Notes: generated by a model from the letters alone, not told the origin. 64,000 bases of DNA from Eledone cirrhosa (GCA_964016885.1 OZ024740.1:189968001-190032000); one strand, 5' to 3'; positions 1 to 13,752 are shown, counted from the first letter of the stretch. Program-made: numbers and translations.

Positions 1-155
1 GGTATGTATGTTGACGTGTGTATGTTGTGGGTTCGTCTTCTAAAAACTTAAAACCACAACTGAATACTAACCCATACGATCATTAATACTCTTTTATTCC
101 TAATTAAACCATTTTTCAACCGTGAACAATTTGTCAGCATTTTCTATTCCGTTTA

Positions 156-158
<3 letters not shown>

Positions 159-248
<90 letters not shown>
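159..248. repeat. (TA)n microsatellite, representative of dozens across the window (e.g. 11190-11423, 11927-12213, 12494-12796, 27458-27562)
   Basis: Direct reading. Confidence 0.98.
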
Positions 249-250
<2 letters not shown>

Positions 251-369
251 AAGGGTGTGTATGATTGTGTATAGAAGATTATATTAATAAAAGGAATTCC
301 AACTTTGTCTGATTTACACGTTTTATTTCCAATCCTTTAAAATTATAATTATATTATAATGAAATAGTG

Positions 370-720
370 TGGTAGAACATTAAATGTTAAGTGTTAAGTG
401 AACATTCATGCTTTTGCAATATTCAGGTTCATATTCAGTGGTGACAACCATGTTTGCAATTTTCAACTGTAATGAGACGGGTAAATTCTGTGCCTTATAT
501 ACAGTAAAAAGAGGCTACAGAATGCTAAGTTTTACAAACTGTATTTCGACCAATCGGTGTGTAGTTTCACTAGATTACTAAAGATGATTGTTTTAAGCGT
601 CACGGTTGGTGGAGCATGTCTAACGACTTCTCTTTGACACTATCCAAAACATCAATTGTTCTGCCATTTTTAGAAATGAAGAAAATAGCATTTTCTCAGG
701 TTTTTATAAAGAATCTTCAG
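370..720 (+). pseudogene. Decayed Cys-loop receptor-like fragment (TM1-TM3)
   Basis: Manual translation SVVTTMFAIFNCNETGK..LYTV..ISTNRCVVSL resembles TM1-(E)SGEK-TM2-PTN loop order; weak, with stops. Confidence 0.3.
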
Positions 721-835
721 TAATCATCACCATCAACATCACTTTTATTATTATTATTGTTGTTGCTGTTGCTAGTGGTTGTAGTCGACATAGTCGTAGG
801 CGTATTCATAGTAGGGGTAATACCCCTAAGCATTA

Positions 836-1240
836 TTATTTTTCATTTAGCTTGGGTTGAAATGTATCAATAAAATTATTTTCTTTAATGTTTCTCTTGA
901 TTTCACTTGGGCTGTGTAATTCGTAGAATGGAAATATTATAAATATTTTCTGACCACATGTCGCTAGATGGTTACTCAGGGGTATCTGACGCACATTTAG
1001 GTCTCTGATTTTCTGTCGGTGCACCCGTGCACGTTCCAACACTGCATTTCCAGTTTGACCGACATATAACTCTTCACAATTCGGGTATTTAATGCAGTAA
1101 ATTAGATTTCTGCCTTTGATGTTCATATTTGCATTTGGGAATACTTTTCGAGTTTTTGTGTTCATATATAGACCAGTGTGTACGGATTGACATATGTCAC
1201 ATCAACTATCATTGCATTTAGATACATTGTATTTAGATAC
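836..1240 (-). mobile_element. Penelope-like element GIY-YIG endonuclease fragment
   Basis: ORF with NLIYCIKYPNCEELYVGQTG..ERARVH..NHLATC..KENNFIDTFQPKLN. Confidence 0.9.
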
Positions 1241-1249
1241 AATGAATTC

Positions 1250-1507
1250 ACTGTATTTAAATGCAATGATAGTCGATGTGGCACATGTCAATCCATACAC
1301 ACTGGTCAATATATGAACACAAAAACTGGAAACATATTCCCAAATGCAAATATGAACTGCAAAAGCAGAAATCTAATTTACTGCATTAAATGCCCGAATT
1401 GTGAAGAACTATATGTCGGTCAAACTGGAAATGCACTATCGGAACGTGCACGGGTGCACGGACAGCAAATATGTGACCAAAATGTCCGTCAGATGCCCTT
1501 GAGTAAG
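1250..1507 (+). mobile_element. Inverted copy of the same PLE GIY-YIG fragment
   Basis: CNDSRCGTC..NCKSRNLIYCIKCPNCEELYVGQTG; reverse complement of 972-1246. Confidence 0.9.
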
Positions 1508-2149
1508 TTGGGACTTGCCTATGGCCTGCCATGCCATGCATCGCAACACATGTCACGTATCAAGCGCTGCCTGTGCTTAAAACTTTTTTAAGTAAGGAAA
1601 GGCTTTGCACGGGGCCAATCACATTCGCTGTACATCGAATGGATTTACCCAAAAGAACTCTACTCCATAATTTGATGTAATCGTCACCGCTCCTAGAGAA
1701 GTGTCTTAATGATCACAAGGAGTCTCTCGCTCCACACACCAAACAAAACCTTTATTGGATGGCCTTCGACTCTCCTGATTTCCTCCACCATTTGACTGGT
1801 CTAGTTTTTCATCCCGCAGTGTCCAAAATCACCCTCTTTTCCAAGCATGCTTGGTAGGTCTGCCGGTTTAGTCACCGACGACCGGACCTTGCACACGTTG
1901 TACTGTATTACATGTTGCCAGTAGCTCTGAAGAGTGACCTGACAAACACACACACAGACACATGAATGCATACATACTTACCTACATTCAATACAAGAAC
2001 ACACATGCAAACATTGACATACACATATACGCATGAATTCCATTTTAATAATACAGATATTTTCTGTAAAAGAATATTATCTTTTAGAATGTATATTTAA
2101 GACAATTATGTATACTACCTGTGAGTATGTTGTTGTTGTTAGCTTTTTT

Positions 2150-2870
2150 CAATATACCTGGTGAAGGTCGATTTGGGTTGTACACTTCTCTGGTACATGT
2201 ATAGACATTTCTGGTGTCCCTGGCATTTTCTTATTGTTGAAACCCTATAAACCTTTCTTCGAGCAGCTGTTTGGAATATCTAGATCTGAGTTTGACATAT
2301 TCGCTTGACATCTTGAAATCATCTTTTCGTCGTGTTTCAGATTGGTTTTGTTCAAGGGATGGATCTGCGCCTCTTCTAGCGTTGATTAGCTTTGATATTT
2401 CGTCCCTCTTTACGTGGAACTAACATTGTTGTTTTACTTTCTTTGAAGCTAATTGTTATATAAGCTGGTTTCAATTGATTGCCTCTCTTCATTGGTGTAT
2501 TTTGTGATGTTGGGGCTGTTTGCCAGCTTGTCATTGATGAATTTTTGAAATGCTTCAGATTGATAGTTAAGATACAATATAGTGAATTTTCGTCTTGGGT
2601 GATATTTATATGGATGTGTGATTTACGAGGAACAGACATTCTGCATCAGTTGTTGCGAGGTCTCTGGTCTATCCCAGACTCTACAGCTTTTCTTGCTGTC
2701 TTGGTTATAATGGCGTTTTTCTTGTTGCAATGAGGGACTGATGCTAAGGAGGTGGGTGCATCCACGTAGTTTTAAAGTAGTTTTGGAGCACAAGCTGCAT
2801 GTTGTTAATTTAATTTTCATGCTTTGCGAAGATTCCGAGTAGTACCAGATCATTTGGATTGATTACTCTT
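2150..2870 (-). mobile_element. Degenerate RLE-type (R2/NeSL/CRE-like) non-LTR retrotransposon C-terminus
   Basis: CRVWDRPETSQQLMQNVC resembles the CCHC knuckle CRxC..ETxxHxLxxC, followed by GNQLKPAYI resembling LKPD of the restriction-like endonuclease. Confidence 0.45.
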
Positions 2871-3099
2871 TTATCGTTTCAGATTCATGATCTTTACATT
2901 ATTAATTTTAATAACGTGTGTTTTACTTGTAGAGTTATTCATATATATCTATACTGAGACGATACAGGCAATCATAAATCTGCACTATATAATGATGTAT
3001 ATTTATTTGCTTACATGTACATTATAAGTCTTTTGCTGTCAACCATAGTTTCAATATATCATATGAATTTAATATTAATATCTATAAATGTTTTGTCGG

Positions 3100-4030
3100 T
3101 CATGTGTATATTGCAAATATCAGTATTCTGGTATTAATTTGAGAAGCGATAATTTGCATTGGGACGCAATAACTTTACTAGAATTTCTTTTGATATCATG
3201 CTACTACTTCTTAATTTTAGATTTGATGGCAGAGCACATTTGATGTAATATGACTGTTTAGAAAATGCGCTTCACATTGGAATTATACACATGTTAATAT
3301 CGACCCAGAGAGGTCCTTCATTTGTATTCTGTATTGAAACTGACAAATCAGTAGACGATGGCCATGTGTAGTAGAAACAAAGGAGACATTTAATTCATAA
3401 AACATTGAAAAACCAATTCCTTTAAGGTTACTGTCACCAAGCGTGTTTTGACCATGATAATGTTGAATAATTGAGCAAAAGACTATACGAATTGAATGTA
3501 ATGAAAGTGTAGCCTAAAGACTGATACAGCTCTAGAATAAGCAATTTCAATGTTTTATAGATTAATGGTGCTATGTTGTGTGATTCTAATTCGTGTAAAT
3601 GTAAAAAAGAAAATGAATAACATAATATTGATTTTAAGAATATTACTTTTCGACAATACAGCAAGTAAACTCAAGAATTTCCTATGCTGAAATTGGATGT
3701 CTATAAATCGACAAGGAAATTGCATAGTACCAATTCTGTCTACTTCATTACAGTTATTTTCCCTCAGTATGCTGACACTGACTTCCTGCATCTTCTATGA
3801 CCGTTATCGTAAGTGATGTAAATATGAAGATCTGAAGGTAGGAAACACGATCAGTAGAAAACTTTAATCAAATTTAAATTTGATTTTTGTAGCAACCAAT
3901 GATAGTCCGTTTCTATATACAACTAGCTACGTGTCCTACTTTATAATATTTGTGCCGTGGACCGAAATATTTATATTAATAATATTTATATGGAACGTAT
4001 TTTGTTGCTGTTGTTCATGAAACCATAGTG
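3100..4030 (+). pseudogene. Decayed intronless Cys-loop receptor-like pseudogene
   Basis: Ordered motifs LDL.., WNYT, VDDGHV**, VYFITVIFP/SMLTLTSCIF (TM1), KI*..T..EN (TM2), hydrophobic TM3. Confidence 0.45.
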
Positions 4031-4329
4031 TCAACAAAACCTGATTAAAGTATGCATCATCGATATTATCAGTGTAATAAATAAAGATAAGAAATAATAT
4101 TGTATGTCATTCTCTATTGATGTATATATCTTGATAAGATGTGCTATATTGCTATTTACCAAACACTGAAAGCAGCGTGACTAATCTTCAAGTATGACTG
4201 ACACAATAACATTTGAGGATGGAATCCATTTATAACTTTCGTCCATGGTAATACAATTCATGTTTTTCTCTGGTATCGTAATACTTTTAATGTGCGTCTG
4301 ATACCCCTCATTCTGTTAACGCTTTTATA

Positions 4330-5050
4330 AACAGACTCTACGTATCTCTCAAACGGTTCACAGTCTTTATATCGGCTCACATAAAGGCAGTTAATGACGT
4401 TATAATACTAGCTGCCGGTCTATTCTTCCGCGTTCAGATTATATCTACTTATAACTATATGACTTCTCAGGGTTCACATATAAATTATAAATAATCTAAC
4501 ACAATGTTATAAATCTCACAACTTTTATTTATGGAACAGAGTGCCATATGCAAAACATTCAAAGTTTTCAAGAAATAACGTATGAGAAATTCTGTCTGAA
4601 AGACGAGAATATTTTGGTAAATCGACAAATGTCTTGTTATAAATATATAGCCATAAAATGGAATTCAGAATCGCATGAATGTTTTTATGTCTGGTAATAT
4701 TTCTAGGATGGATAACACTGACCATGTTAGCATTTCCAGTATATATGTAGACAGACGTAGCTAAATAGAATGTATTCTTTTGCTTTTTATCTAGTGTAAC
4801 TGCACATAAATAGAGTAGATAAGTATAAACATGTCATTGTTGGATTGATGTTGTAATCTGAAATATATTTTGAAATATTTGTATCAAATATGAAATGTAA
4901 TAATAATCACGTATGTAAAGGAATACATTACTTTTATTGAAAATAGAGCATTGTATTTCAAAACAATCATCATAAAAGAGAATGAACAAAAATACAAAAG
5001 TAAAGAAATATCGTTCAAACAAACGCCGTTATTATATTTGAAAGAATAAC
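4330..5050 (-). pseudogene. Decayed intronless Cys-loop receptor-like pseudogene
   Basis: FDTNI.KIYF (Cys-loop end); ORF 4525-4725 ITR..AILNSILWL..LPKYS..ISHTLFLEN matches TM1-LP.S-TM2 (TxFLxN). Confidence 0.5.
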
Positions 5051-5249
5051 AATAATACAGCAAGACGGTCGTAACAATAGGGCTAACAATTTAAAAAAAT
5101 CACACTAATATATATATAAAAAAAAAAGAATATTTTGAAAATGTAAAATGGAATAAAAAGTGGAAAGATATCATAGCAGTGACTTTGACAACAACAAAAA
5201 AACGAAAGAGAAGAGAGAGCCAGGGATGACACTTCAACATGCTTAACTC

Positions 5250-6250
5250 AGAAATAATAACCTTGACAGTTGTAAGGATTACGCATAAAAGTACACCGAA
5301 AGATTTTATTTTATACGAAACCTTAAGGCACCAAGTGGTATTTTTGTTTTTCAGGTTGGGCACCCGGGTCTGAAGTAAAATGATGTGGTGTCATCTAGGA
5401 CAGAAGCGCAACTGTCCTGTTGCAGATTTCAGTACAAAAAACCTACGCGTCACATTTGTAATATACACCCATATCTTTGGGTAAATCGAAGGGAAAGGAA
5501 GTGATATGACGATTATGATTTTGTTTCATAATTAAGTGATATAGAACTCTACCACAATATTGCGTTGCCGCGAAAGTAACTAATTTTCAACACGAATTTA
5601 CGTACACATTTAAAAACTATTATTCTTTTGGATGACCGAAACCAGTAGAGATCTTACATGTTTCGCTTCGCCTCTTTCTACTTGTGCGTGTTCACACGAA
5701 CTGCTAGGAATAAGGACGGGATCTATCCTACATTACATTCTATTGTATTTAAAGTAACATGAAGGACATATTAGATAATTTAGTTCTGCATGTACAAAAC
5801 CTGAAAAAGTCAGGAGAGCCACGGCTTGAGTGACTTTGATCATTTGTTTGCTGCATCAGGTTGGCACTGGGGATAAACAACAATGCTAAATTTCAAGATA
5901 AGTCTAGTTATTTCGTCATGTACAAAAATCGCAACAGGCGTGTTTATATATCTCAAAGCAATTTGGTATAGAACTGAGATAAGAAAATCCAATTACCATG
6001 AAGGATCCAAATGTCCAAATATAATCCCCCATTTCCTTTACTAAATTACAACATCCAGCCATTAATTTTCGTCATAGGGACATACAGGTATTCGATGCCT
6101 TTTCATGTGAGGATTGAAACATATATTGAAAGAATGGAATTAAGAGAGTTAACTGTCACCCATGAATAACTCTTTGAAATTCTCCAATAATATAGGTTCC
6201 CATATATTTCAGAAAACATACAAACATATATCGATTAATGAAACACAATC
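5250..6250 (+). pseudogene. Decayed intronless Cys-loop receptor-like pseudogene
   Basis: RTEAQLSCCRFQY (~5397, WxDxxLxWxPxxY), YRTLPQYC (~5539), KVRRATA*VTLIICLL (~5806), KISLVIS (~5895), SKCPNII in expected order and spacing. Confidence 0.55.
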
Positions 6251-6899
6251 TTTGAAGATGTTACATTATGAAAAGATAAAACTTTGTTTATGAATTTGTA
6301 AGCTTCTTTGAATTTTCAATGGTAAAGTATTTACGTAAATACAAATGATTATATGAATCGATGCAATGACATCAATAACATGCCCATTGACATAGGATTA
6401 AGAAGGAAGAGAATAACTAGCCTTGGTTAAAAGGATTTGATATGGTTTGGAAATTTGATATGTTACTAAAATCTGTTTAAAATTTATACTTCAAACATAA
6501 TTTTAATTCAAGAACAGATTACAAATAAGAGAACATAAGAATTCAACTGACATTCACAGTGTTACAACTTTTAGAAATCAGCATACTCATGTCAGTAAAG
6601 GCAGATAAGGCATTTAAACGGATGGCCTAAAAGTGATACTTGCGCGGGATTCGATTAATGTATTAGTCGCTTCAGAGGCCCACAAACCGATTGAATTTAT
6701 ATATACATAAATGCATACATCCATACATACATCCATACATACATACATAGAGAGAGCGACATAGTGAGAGAGAGAGAGAGCGATACCATAATATTGGTGT
6801 TGGTAAAATGTATAGTCGGGTATTACGACAAACATTTAGTGCCATCACGTTTGCTATATATATATATTGAGTTGACTATATGTTTAGTTTTAAGTTTGG

Positions 6900-7780
6900 C
6901 CTTCTCAGGCTGATTGGAAGCGTAGTATGTAAACGCTCAGATTCTTCTGTACAGTTAAACCAATTTAGTACATTCTCTTATCAAACACATATGAAAGTTG
7001 TAAAAGTAATGTATTGATTATTGTGCATGTATATTTTTAAAAACTAACACATGTTTACGTGATAAATCATATGGCAAATAGAAAGTCCAATTAATAATAT
7101 GCAAAATGTATAGTCGAATATATACTTCCAGGTAAGAAAGATAGTGCCCTAGGCAGATATTGTTATTTCCCTAAAATTAACACGTTCTGTGATAAAAGCA
7201 TTTTTTTTCATTATTTGAACCTCTTAGTTTTACGGTAAGTTTCTGATGCGTTAGAAGTCACTATGTTCCAACACATTTGATTAGCAATAAAATTGTATGT
7301 AAGGGTGGAAAGCTGAGTATTGAATGTGAAAATAGGTGCTTTTCTAAGTCTGTATATAAATGATCCATGGGGTACATTGTGGTGGTTTGAGGGAGATGGT
7401 CTATGTATGATTAATCAGTGGATTACACCAATGAGTATGTTTCTGCATACGTAACGCTAGATCGTGTTTTGCAGTTGCCGTCCCGGTATTGTTGTATTTC
7501 GTTGACGATTAGCATTTCTGTAGCAGAGATTTTATTCCTTCACGCTGCCATTTATCTGGACATGGTTGCAAGAAGAACTATTCCCATGAACTGCAACGAG
7601 ACAATGTTCGTGATGCTGTGGGGCCATCTTTGCTCAATGTATTCGAATAAATTCCATGTCACGTGTGTATCGGGGTTTCGGTAAGCCTAATACTTTTCCG
7701 GTGGCATCAACAGCTTCTACATCGTCATTTATACCAATTCCATCAACAATCAGTCTTTATCAAGGGCCAACGGGCTACAG
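6900..7780 (+). pseudogene. Decayed intronless Cys-loop receptor-like pseudogene (among the best preserved)
   Basis: YILPGKK..ADIVI (~7120), LEVTMF.FD*Q*NC Cys-loop (~7251-7295), ORF 7418-7684 VLQLP..ISLTISISVAEILFL..TIPMN..FVML = TM1-TM3. Confidence 0.65.
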
Positions 7781-7812
7781 TTACGTATATATATGTATAT
7801 ATTACGTATATA

Positions 7813-7895
<83 letters not shown>

Positions 7896-7898
<3 letters not shown>

Positions 7899-8281
7899 AA
7901 AAAGGGATGAAATCGAAAATGCAACTGAAGTCTTATTTGTTTTTTAAATATATATATTTATTTGGTTCCTTTACCGGTTTCGCAGTTCTTCTGCTTTTCA
8001 AAAGGTGAGTTGAGATGGAGGGTCTGTGGTTTTTCTCACATCTGTGAGAAAAACCACAGACGTGAGAAAAACCAGATGTGAGAAAAACCACAGACCCTCC
8101 ATCTCAACTCACCTTTTGAAAAGCAGAAGAACTGCGAAACCGGTAAAGGAACCAAATAAATATATATATTTAAAAAAAAAATAAGACTTCAGTTGCATTT
8201 TCGATTTCATCCCTTTTTCTTTATACTTCCACTCGTGTAGCACACCTCGGTTATTTTTTCATTTTGTAAAAAAAACCTCAC

Positions 8282-8285
<4 letters not shown>
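7896..8285. repeat. Fold-back PLE pLTR family A (further copies ~18615-18812 and ~21478-21622)
   Basis: 7896-8043 is the reverse complement of ~8075-8224, with a triplicated gtgagaaaaacca at the centre; flanked by (TA)n. Confidence 0.85.
8112..8149 (+). ncRNA. Type I minimal hammerhead ribozyme, U3-A8 core variant
   Basis: cctt-UUGAAAA-gcag(aagaa)ctgc-GAA-ACCGGT-A-aagg; identical copies on the minus strand at 7968-8005 and 21552-21589. Confidence 0.75.
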
Positions 8286-8376
<91 letters not shown>

Positions 8377-8409
8377 AATAATGGAGCTGCGGCGCTTCAA
8401 ATGGGTTAC

Positions 8410-8494
8410 ATATGAAAAAGTTTGTCCTCATCAGTGGCCTTCCAACCGTCGAAATGCCTACGACGGTTGGAAGGCCACTGATGAGGACACACTT

Positions 8495-8502
<8 letters not shown>
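8410..8502. repeat. 93-bp hairpin (42-bp stem, 1 mismatch, 9-nt loop) abutting (TA)n
   Basis: atatgaaaaagtttgtcctcatcagtggccttccaaccgtcg / cgacggttggaaggccactgatgaggacacactttttcatat. Confidence 0.9.
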
Positions 8503-8544
<42 letters not shown>

Positions 8545-8635
8545 CTACGTAGGTCCCGGGTTGAGTCGGGGATAACCACAGTAAGTAAGGTACTCAATAC
8601 ATGGCAGAGTACATTTTTTTTAATTGTATAGAAGG

Positions 8636-8686
8636 AGCTTCTACAGGACTAGTACTGTTTCACTCAGATGAAATCTTCAGGAAGCT
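8636..8686 (-). ncRNA. Type I hammerhead ribozyme in PLE pLTR (same family as 59692)
   Basis: Minus strand agcttc-CTGAAGA-t ttc(atct)gag t-GAA-ACAG(tactagtc)CTGT-A-gaagct; stem I covaries with the 59692 copy. Confidence 0.8.
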
Positions 8687-9141
8687 GGGTGTCATATTAA
8701 GTTCTGGTATTTATACATTTAGGTAGTGGTAAGGGAGATGTGGTGGAAGGGGTGGATGGTATTTAGCTACACAGGACCGTTTCATGGCACAGGCCGTTTT
8801 TTCTTTGGGGAGTGGTCAATTAGCCAGAGTGCTTTTTTGAAATAAATAAATAAGTAAATAAATGAATACATAGATAAAAGAATAAATAAATAAAATAAAT
8901 AAAAAAAAAACCCAAGAATTGTAATTCAACAGATATATCGTAGGGTAATTTAACAAGACCGAATCATGGCACAGACTGGGGTGAGTGGTCAAGTTAACAT
9001 ACAAGCCACAGGTGGCCAGAGTGTTTTTGTAGGATGGAAAGAATAAAATATAATTACATACTCACAACCACATACAAAAACACTTACACACACATATATA
9101 TACACACACATATTTAAACACTTACACACACATATATACCC

Positions 9142-9244
<103 letters not shown>

Positions 9245-9253
9245 TATGTAGAC

Positions 9254-9279
<26 letters not shown>

Positions 9280-9287
<8 letters not shown>

Positions 9288-9484
9288 CTACATGTACGTA
9301 TGTCTCTCTCGTGTAAACTATACTATACATACACATACATACATATGCACACACATACATACACATACATACATACACACACACACACAGACACATACAT
9401 TCACACATATATATACATATATACACATACACACACACATACATATAAAATCTCATATATATATATATATATATATATACCCAT

Positions 9485-9525
<41 letters not shown>

Positions 9526-9925
9526 CACATACATATACACATAAACATATACATACACACACATACACATTTACAAGCAAACACGCATACATACACATAC
9601 ATACATACAAATAAGTACACATAAACGCATATGCACAAACACGCACTCGTTCGCACTCATACATGTGTCTATAGTATAAAGGTAGTGGGACAAATTTAAA
9701 TTTAAAATTTAAAATTTTAAAATTTATCCCACTACCTTTATACTATAGACACATGTATGAGTGCGAGCGAGTGCGTGTTTGTACATATGCGTTTATGTGT
9801 ACTTATATGTATGTATGTACGTGTATGTATGTGTGTTTGCTTGTAAATGTGTATGTGTGTGTATGTATATGTTTATATGTATATATATATGTATGTATAT
9901 ATATATATATATATATGTGTGTATG

Positions 9926-9968
<43 letters not shown>

Positions 9969-10165
9969 TTTTATATGTATGTGTGTGTGTATGTGTATAT
10001 ATGTATATATATGTGTGAATGTATGTGTTTGTGTGTGTGTATGTATGTATGTATGTGTATGTATGTGTGTGCATATGTATGTATGTGTATGTATAGCATA
10101 TGTATGTATGTGTATGTATAGTATAGTTTACACGAGAGAGACATACGTACATGTAGGTGTGTGTA
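9280..10165. repeat. Large near-zero-spacer inverted duplication of microsatellite-rich DNA
   Basis: Arms mirror each other around the AT palindrome aaatttaaatttaaaatttaaaatttt at ~9705 (gtataaaggtagtggga / tcccactacctttatac). Confidence 0.85.
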
Positions 10166-10224
10166 TACATATATACATTTCTGGTTGGTTGGTTGGTTCC
10201 ACAACCAGATAGTTGTTTATATAT

Positions 10225-10269
10225 AGTCATAGTTCTTTCGTCACACACTTTGTGACCTCTTCAGTAACT
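10225..10269 (-). ncRNA. Type I minimal hammerhead ribozyme in PLE pLTR (10180-10520)
   Basis: agtta-CTGAAGA-g gtcaca(aagtg)tgtgac-GAA-AG(aa)CT-A-tgact. Confidence 0.75.
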
Positions 10270-10654
10270 GGGGATTCCTTTCTTTGTTTCTGTGCCTCTC
10301 CTTTGTTCTGTGCTACGCCATTTTGTTTCTGTGTGTGTGTTGTGTGCTCAACTGCGCATGCGCCACATCCGGGTGTCTGTGTGTGTTTATGTTCATTTAT
10401 TTATTTGTTTATTTACATGTTACTGGTTGGTTGTTTGTTCTATGTGTGTGTGTGTTTTCATTTTGTCCTTAATTGTAAGTTGTGATGTTGCTATTCCATT
10501 CACGTTTTCTATTTAATTTTGGTTGGAGTTCATTGATGTCACCGGATTCATACTGAACCCGGTCATTGAAATGTTCATAGTATCATATAATAAACCTTTA
10601 TAGAATTACACCAGTCCAGCCTCCTCTTAGTTTTATAATATATATATATGTATG

Positions 10655-10713
<59 letters not shown>

Positions 10714-11030
10714 CGAAGGAAATGTGGTAAGGAACCAGGTGGACCATAACGCACCAAAGTACTCAATACTAGAGTGGGTAATAGGAACAAGTAAGACCCC
10801 GACGGCTGAGCTCAAGCCGTTTCGACGGCTAATTCAAAATTACCCACTCTACTACTCTAAGTATTGAGTACTTTGGTACTGTGTGCATGTGTGTATATTA
10901 TACTACCCAAAGTATTGAGTACTTTGAGTACTGTGTGCATGTGTGTATATTATACATACAACTGTACGTCTGTATACATATATGTACGTACGTATACATA
11001 CATACATACTATATATATATATTTACATAT

Positions 11031-11430
<400 letters not shown>

Positions 11431-11529
11431 GTAAATATCTATATATAGTATGTATGTATACGTACGTACATATATGTATACAGACGTACAGTAGTATGTA
11501 TAATATACACACATGCACACATATATATA

Positions 11530-11825
11530 TGCACGAATCGGTTTACCGAACATTTATTATAATGCTCGGTTTGTTTGTAAACAAACAAAAAGCCCGAGTT
11601 ACGCCGTACAGTGTTTAGGCAACCACGTCACCTTTTTGTTCAACACTGACACAGGAACGATGTACTAGTTTCAAGCGTATTAGCTATAGTTAGCATCGTA
11701 TACCTTCCTGCCAGAAGGTGACGTGGTCGCCTAAATACTGTACGGCGTAATTCGGGCTGTTTGTTTGTTTACAAACAAACAAACCGAGCATTATAATAAA
11801 TGTTCGGTAAACCGAGACGTGCATA
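11530..11825. repeat. Fold-back pLTR family B (copies 14920-15560, 24930-25740) with decayed hammerhead
   Basis: Inverted arms cggtttaccgaacatttattataatgctcgg; hammerhead-like motif at 11658-11698 (-), 15184-15224 (-), 25527-25567 (+). Confidence 0.8.
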
Positions 11826-11924
11826 TATATATATATGTGTGTATGTGAGTATACATACATACATACTTACATTTAAGTAAGTGCCGCACTAAGAGTGAGA
11901 AATGAAATTTCGTTTCATTCTATT

Positions 11925-12002
<78 letters not shown>

Positions 12003-12003
12003 G

Positions 12004-12058
<55 letters not shown>

Positions 12059-12069
12059 GTATATATATG

Positions 12070-12105
<36 letters not shown>

Positions 12106-12127
12106 TGTATATACATATATATGTGTG

Positions 12128-12160
<33 letters not shown>

Positions 12161-12179
12161 GTATATACATATATATGTG

Positions 12180-12213
<34 letters not shown>

Positions 12214-12252
12214 TGAAATATAAGAATCAAAGAACTGTTCAAAACCTTTTTG

Positions 12253-12299
12253 TGCTTACAACTGTTTCCTCCAAACCTAGGTTTGGTTTCTTCGGAGCA
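12253..12299 (-). ncRNA. Hammerhead-like motif with C4 core variant
   Basis: tgct-CCGAAGA-aa ccaaac(ctag)gtttgg ag-GAA-AC(agtt)GT-A-agca. Confidence 0.55.
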
Positions 12300-12506
12300 A
12301 TTTATTAATGAATGGACAGTTATATGACCTCCTATTAACCCAAGAGACATACAGATACATATGCAAATATTGTGGGTCAACATTCATTACAGCATTTAAA
12401 GTGGCAGTACAAACTTAGGGTTTGTATAAAAAAATATATATAACTGCAAAAGGTTTTTATATTTACATAACCATAAATAGTATAATTAATACTATATATA
12501 TATATA

Positions 12507-12638
<132 letters not shown>

Positions 12639-12677
12639 CACATATATATGTATATACATATGTATATATATATATAT

Positions 12678-12716
<39 letters not shown>

Positions 12717-12728
12717 TATATATGTATA

Positions 12729-12781
<53 letters not shown>

Positions 12782-12949
12782 GTGTGTATATATATACGCA
12801 TATAATTACATTCATATCGATATTTTCTTAAGCAAGCCTTATTCACACGCGAAACTCGCACGCATGGATATATATTCGCACATATTTATAATGACATATA
12901 ACAGAATGAAAGAACTTTCATCAGATTTGAAGATGGTTTGCATATGTAT

Positions 12950-13510
12950 TGAAGCATGAAAAATGGTAAGACCTCTTTATTATAAAGTCAGTAATATGAA
13001 ATGTTCCTATTGATTTTGAATATATTCGGAAAACTGGTTGGAAATATGCGAGAATCAATGCTATTATGTATGTAAAATATCGATCCCCGTGAGAAAGTCT
13101 GAAATATGTATGTTATTACACAGAACTGCTACATTATTAAAATATGCTTTAGTTGTTATCACTGTCAGCTGGGAATTTCTACAGCACATTGAATCGTCCA
13201 TTTTTCATATATTGTAAAACATAGACAACTGTCGATCGAATAGTATCAAATAATGATTCCAATATTTTTTTTCATCAGCACGAATCTTCGGTTTGTTAGG
13301 GAAAATGAGTCATAAAAAATGTGACGAACATATTTCTCTCTAAAAGAGAGATTCTCTATGAGAAAAGAATTATTCATGTTTCATGCAGTTTTTCGATCAT
13401 GTCCTCAGTAGAACTATTTTACACAAAATATGAATTTGTGGATGTGACTGCGTATGTACGTATGTCTATGTGTGTTACGACCATACAAGTGTTAGACTTT
13501 CACATTAAAT
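12950..13510 (+). pseudogene. Decayed Cys-loop receptor-like TM region
   Basis: DPREKV* (EKVS-like), hydrophobic TM3, VDVTAYVRMSMCVTTI TM4-like. Confidence 0.3.
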
Positions 13511-13702
13511 AAACATAATTTGGATGTCCATGTTGTTCTGAGGAATGAAGACGTGTTCTATCTAGCGTATTCTCATTTCCATGTTATTCATATTTCATGA
13601 ATATATTTCTCTCTATGTGTCTAGGTAATCCGTAAATGCATACATATGAACTAATAGTTACGTACATACATTCATATATATATGTATATATATACACATT
13701 TA

Positions 13703-13752
<50 letters not shown>

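Noticed and set aside
8041-8095. Three short direct repeats (gtgagaaaaacca) resembling a CRISPR-like array
   Set aside because: Spacers of only a few bases at a fold-back junction; eukaryotic context; no cas genes
8410-8502. Type II hammerhead reading of the hairpin
   Set aside because: Stem I cannot be formed and the long stem would sequester the core
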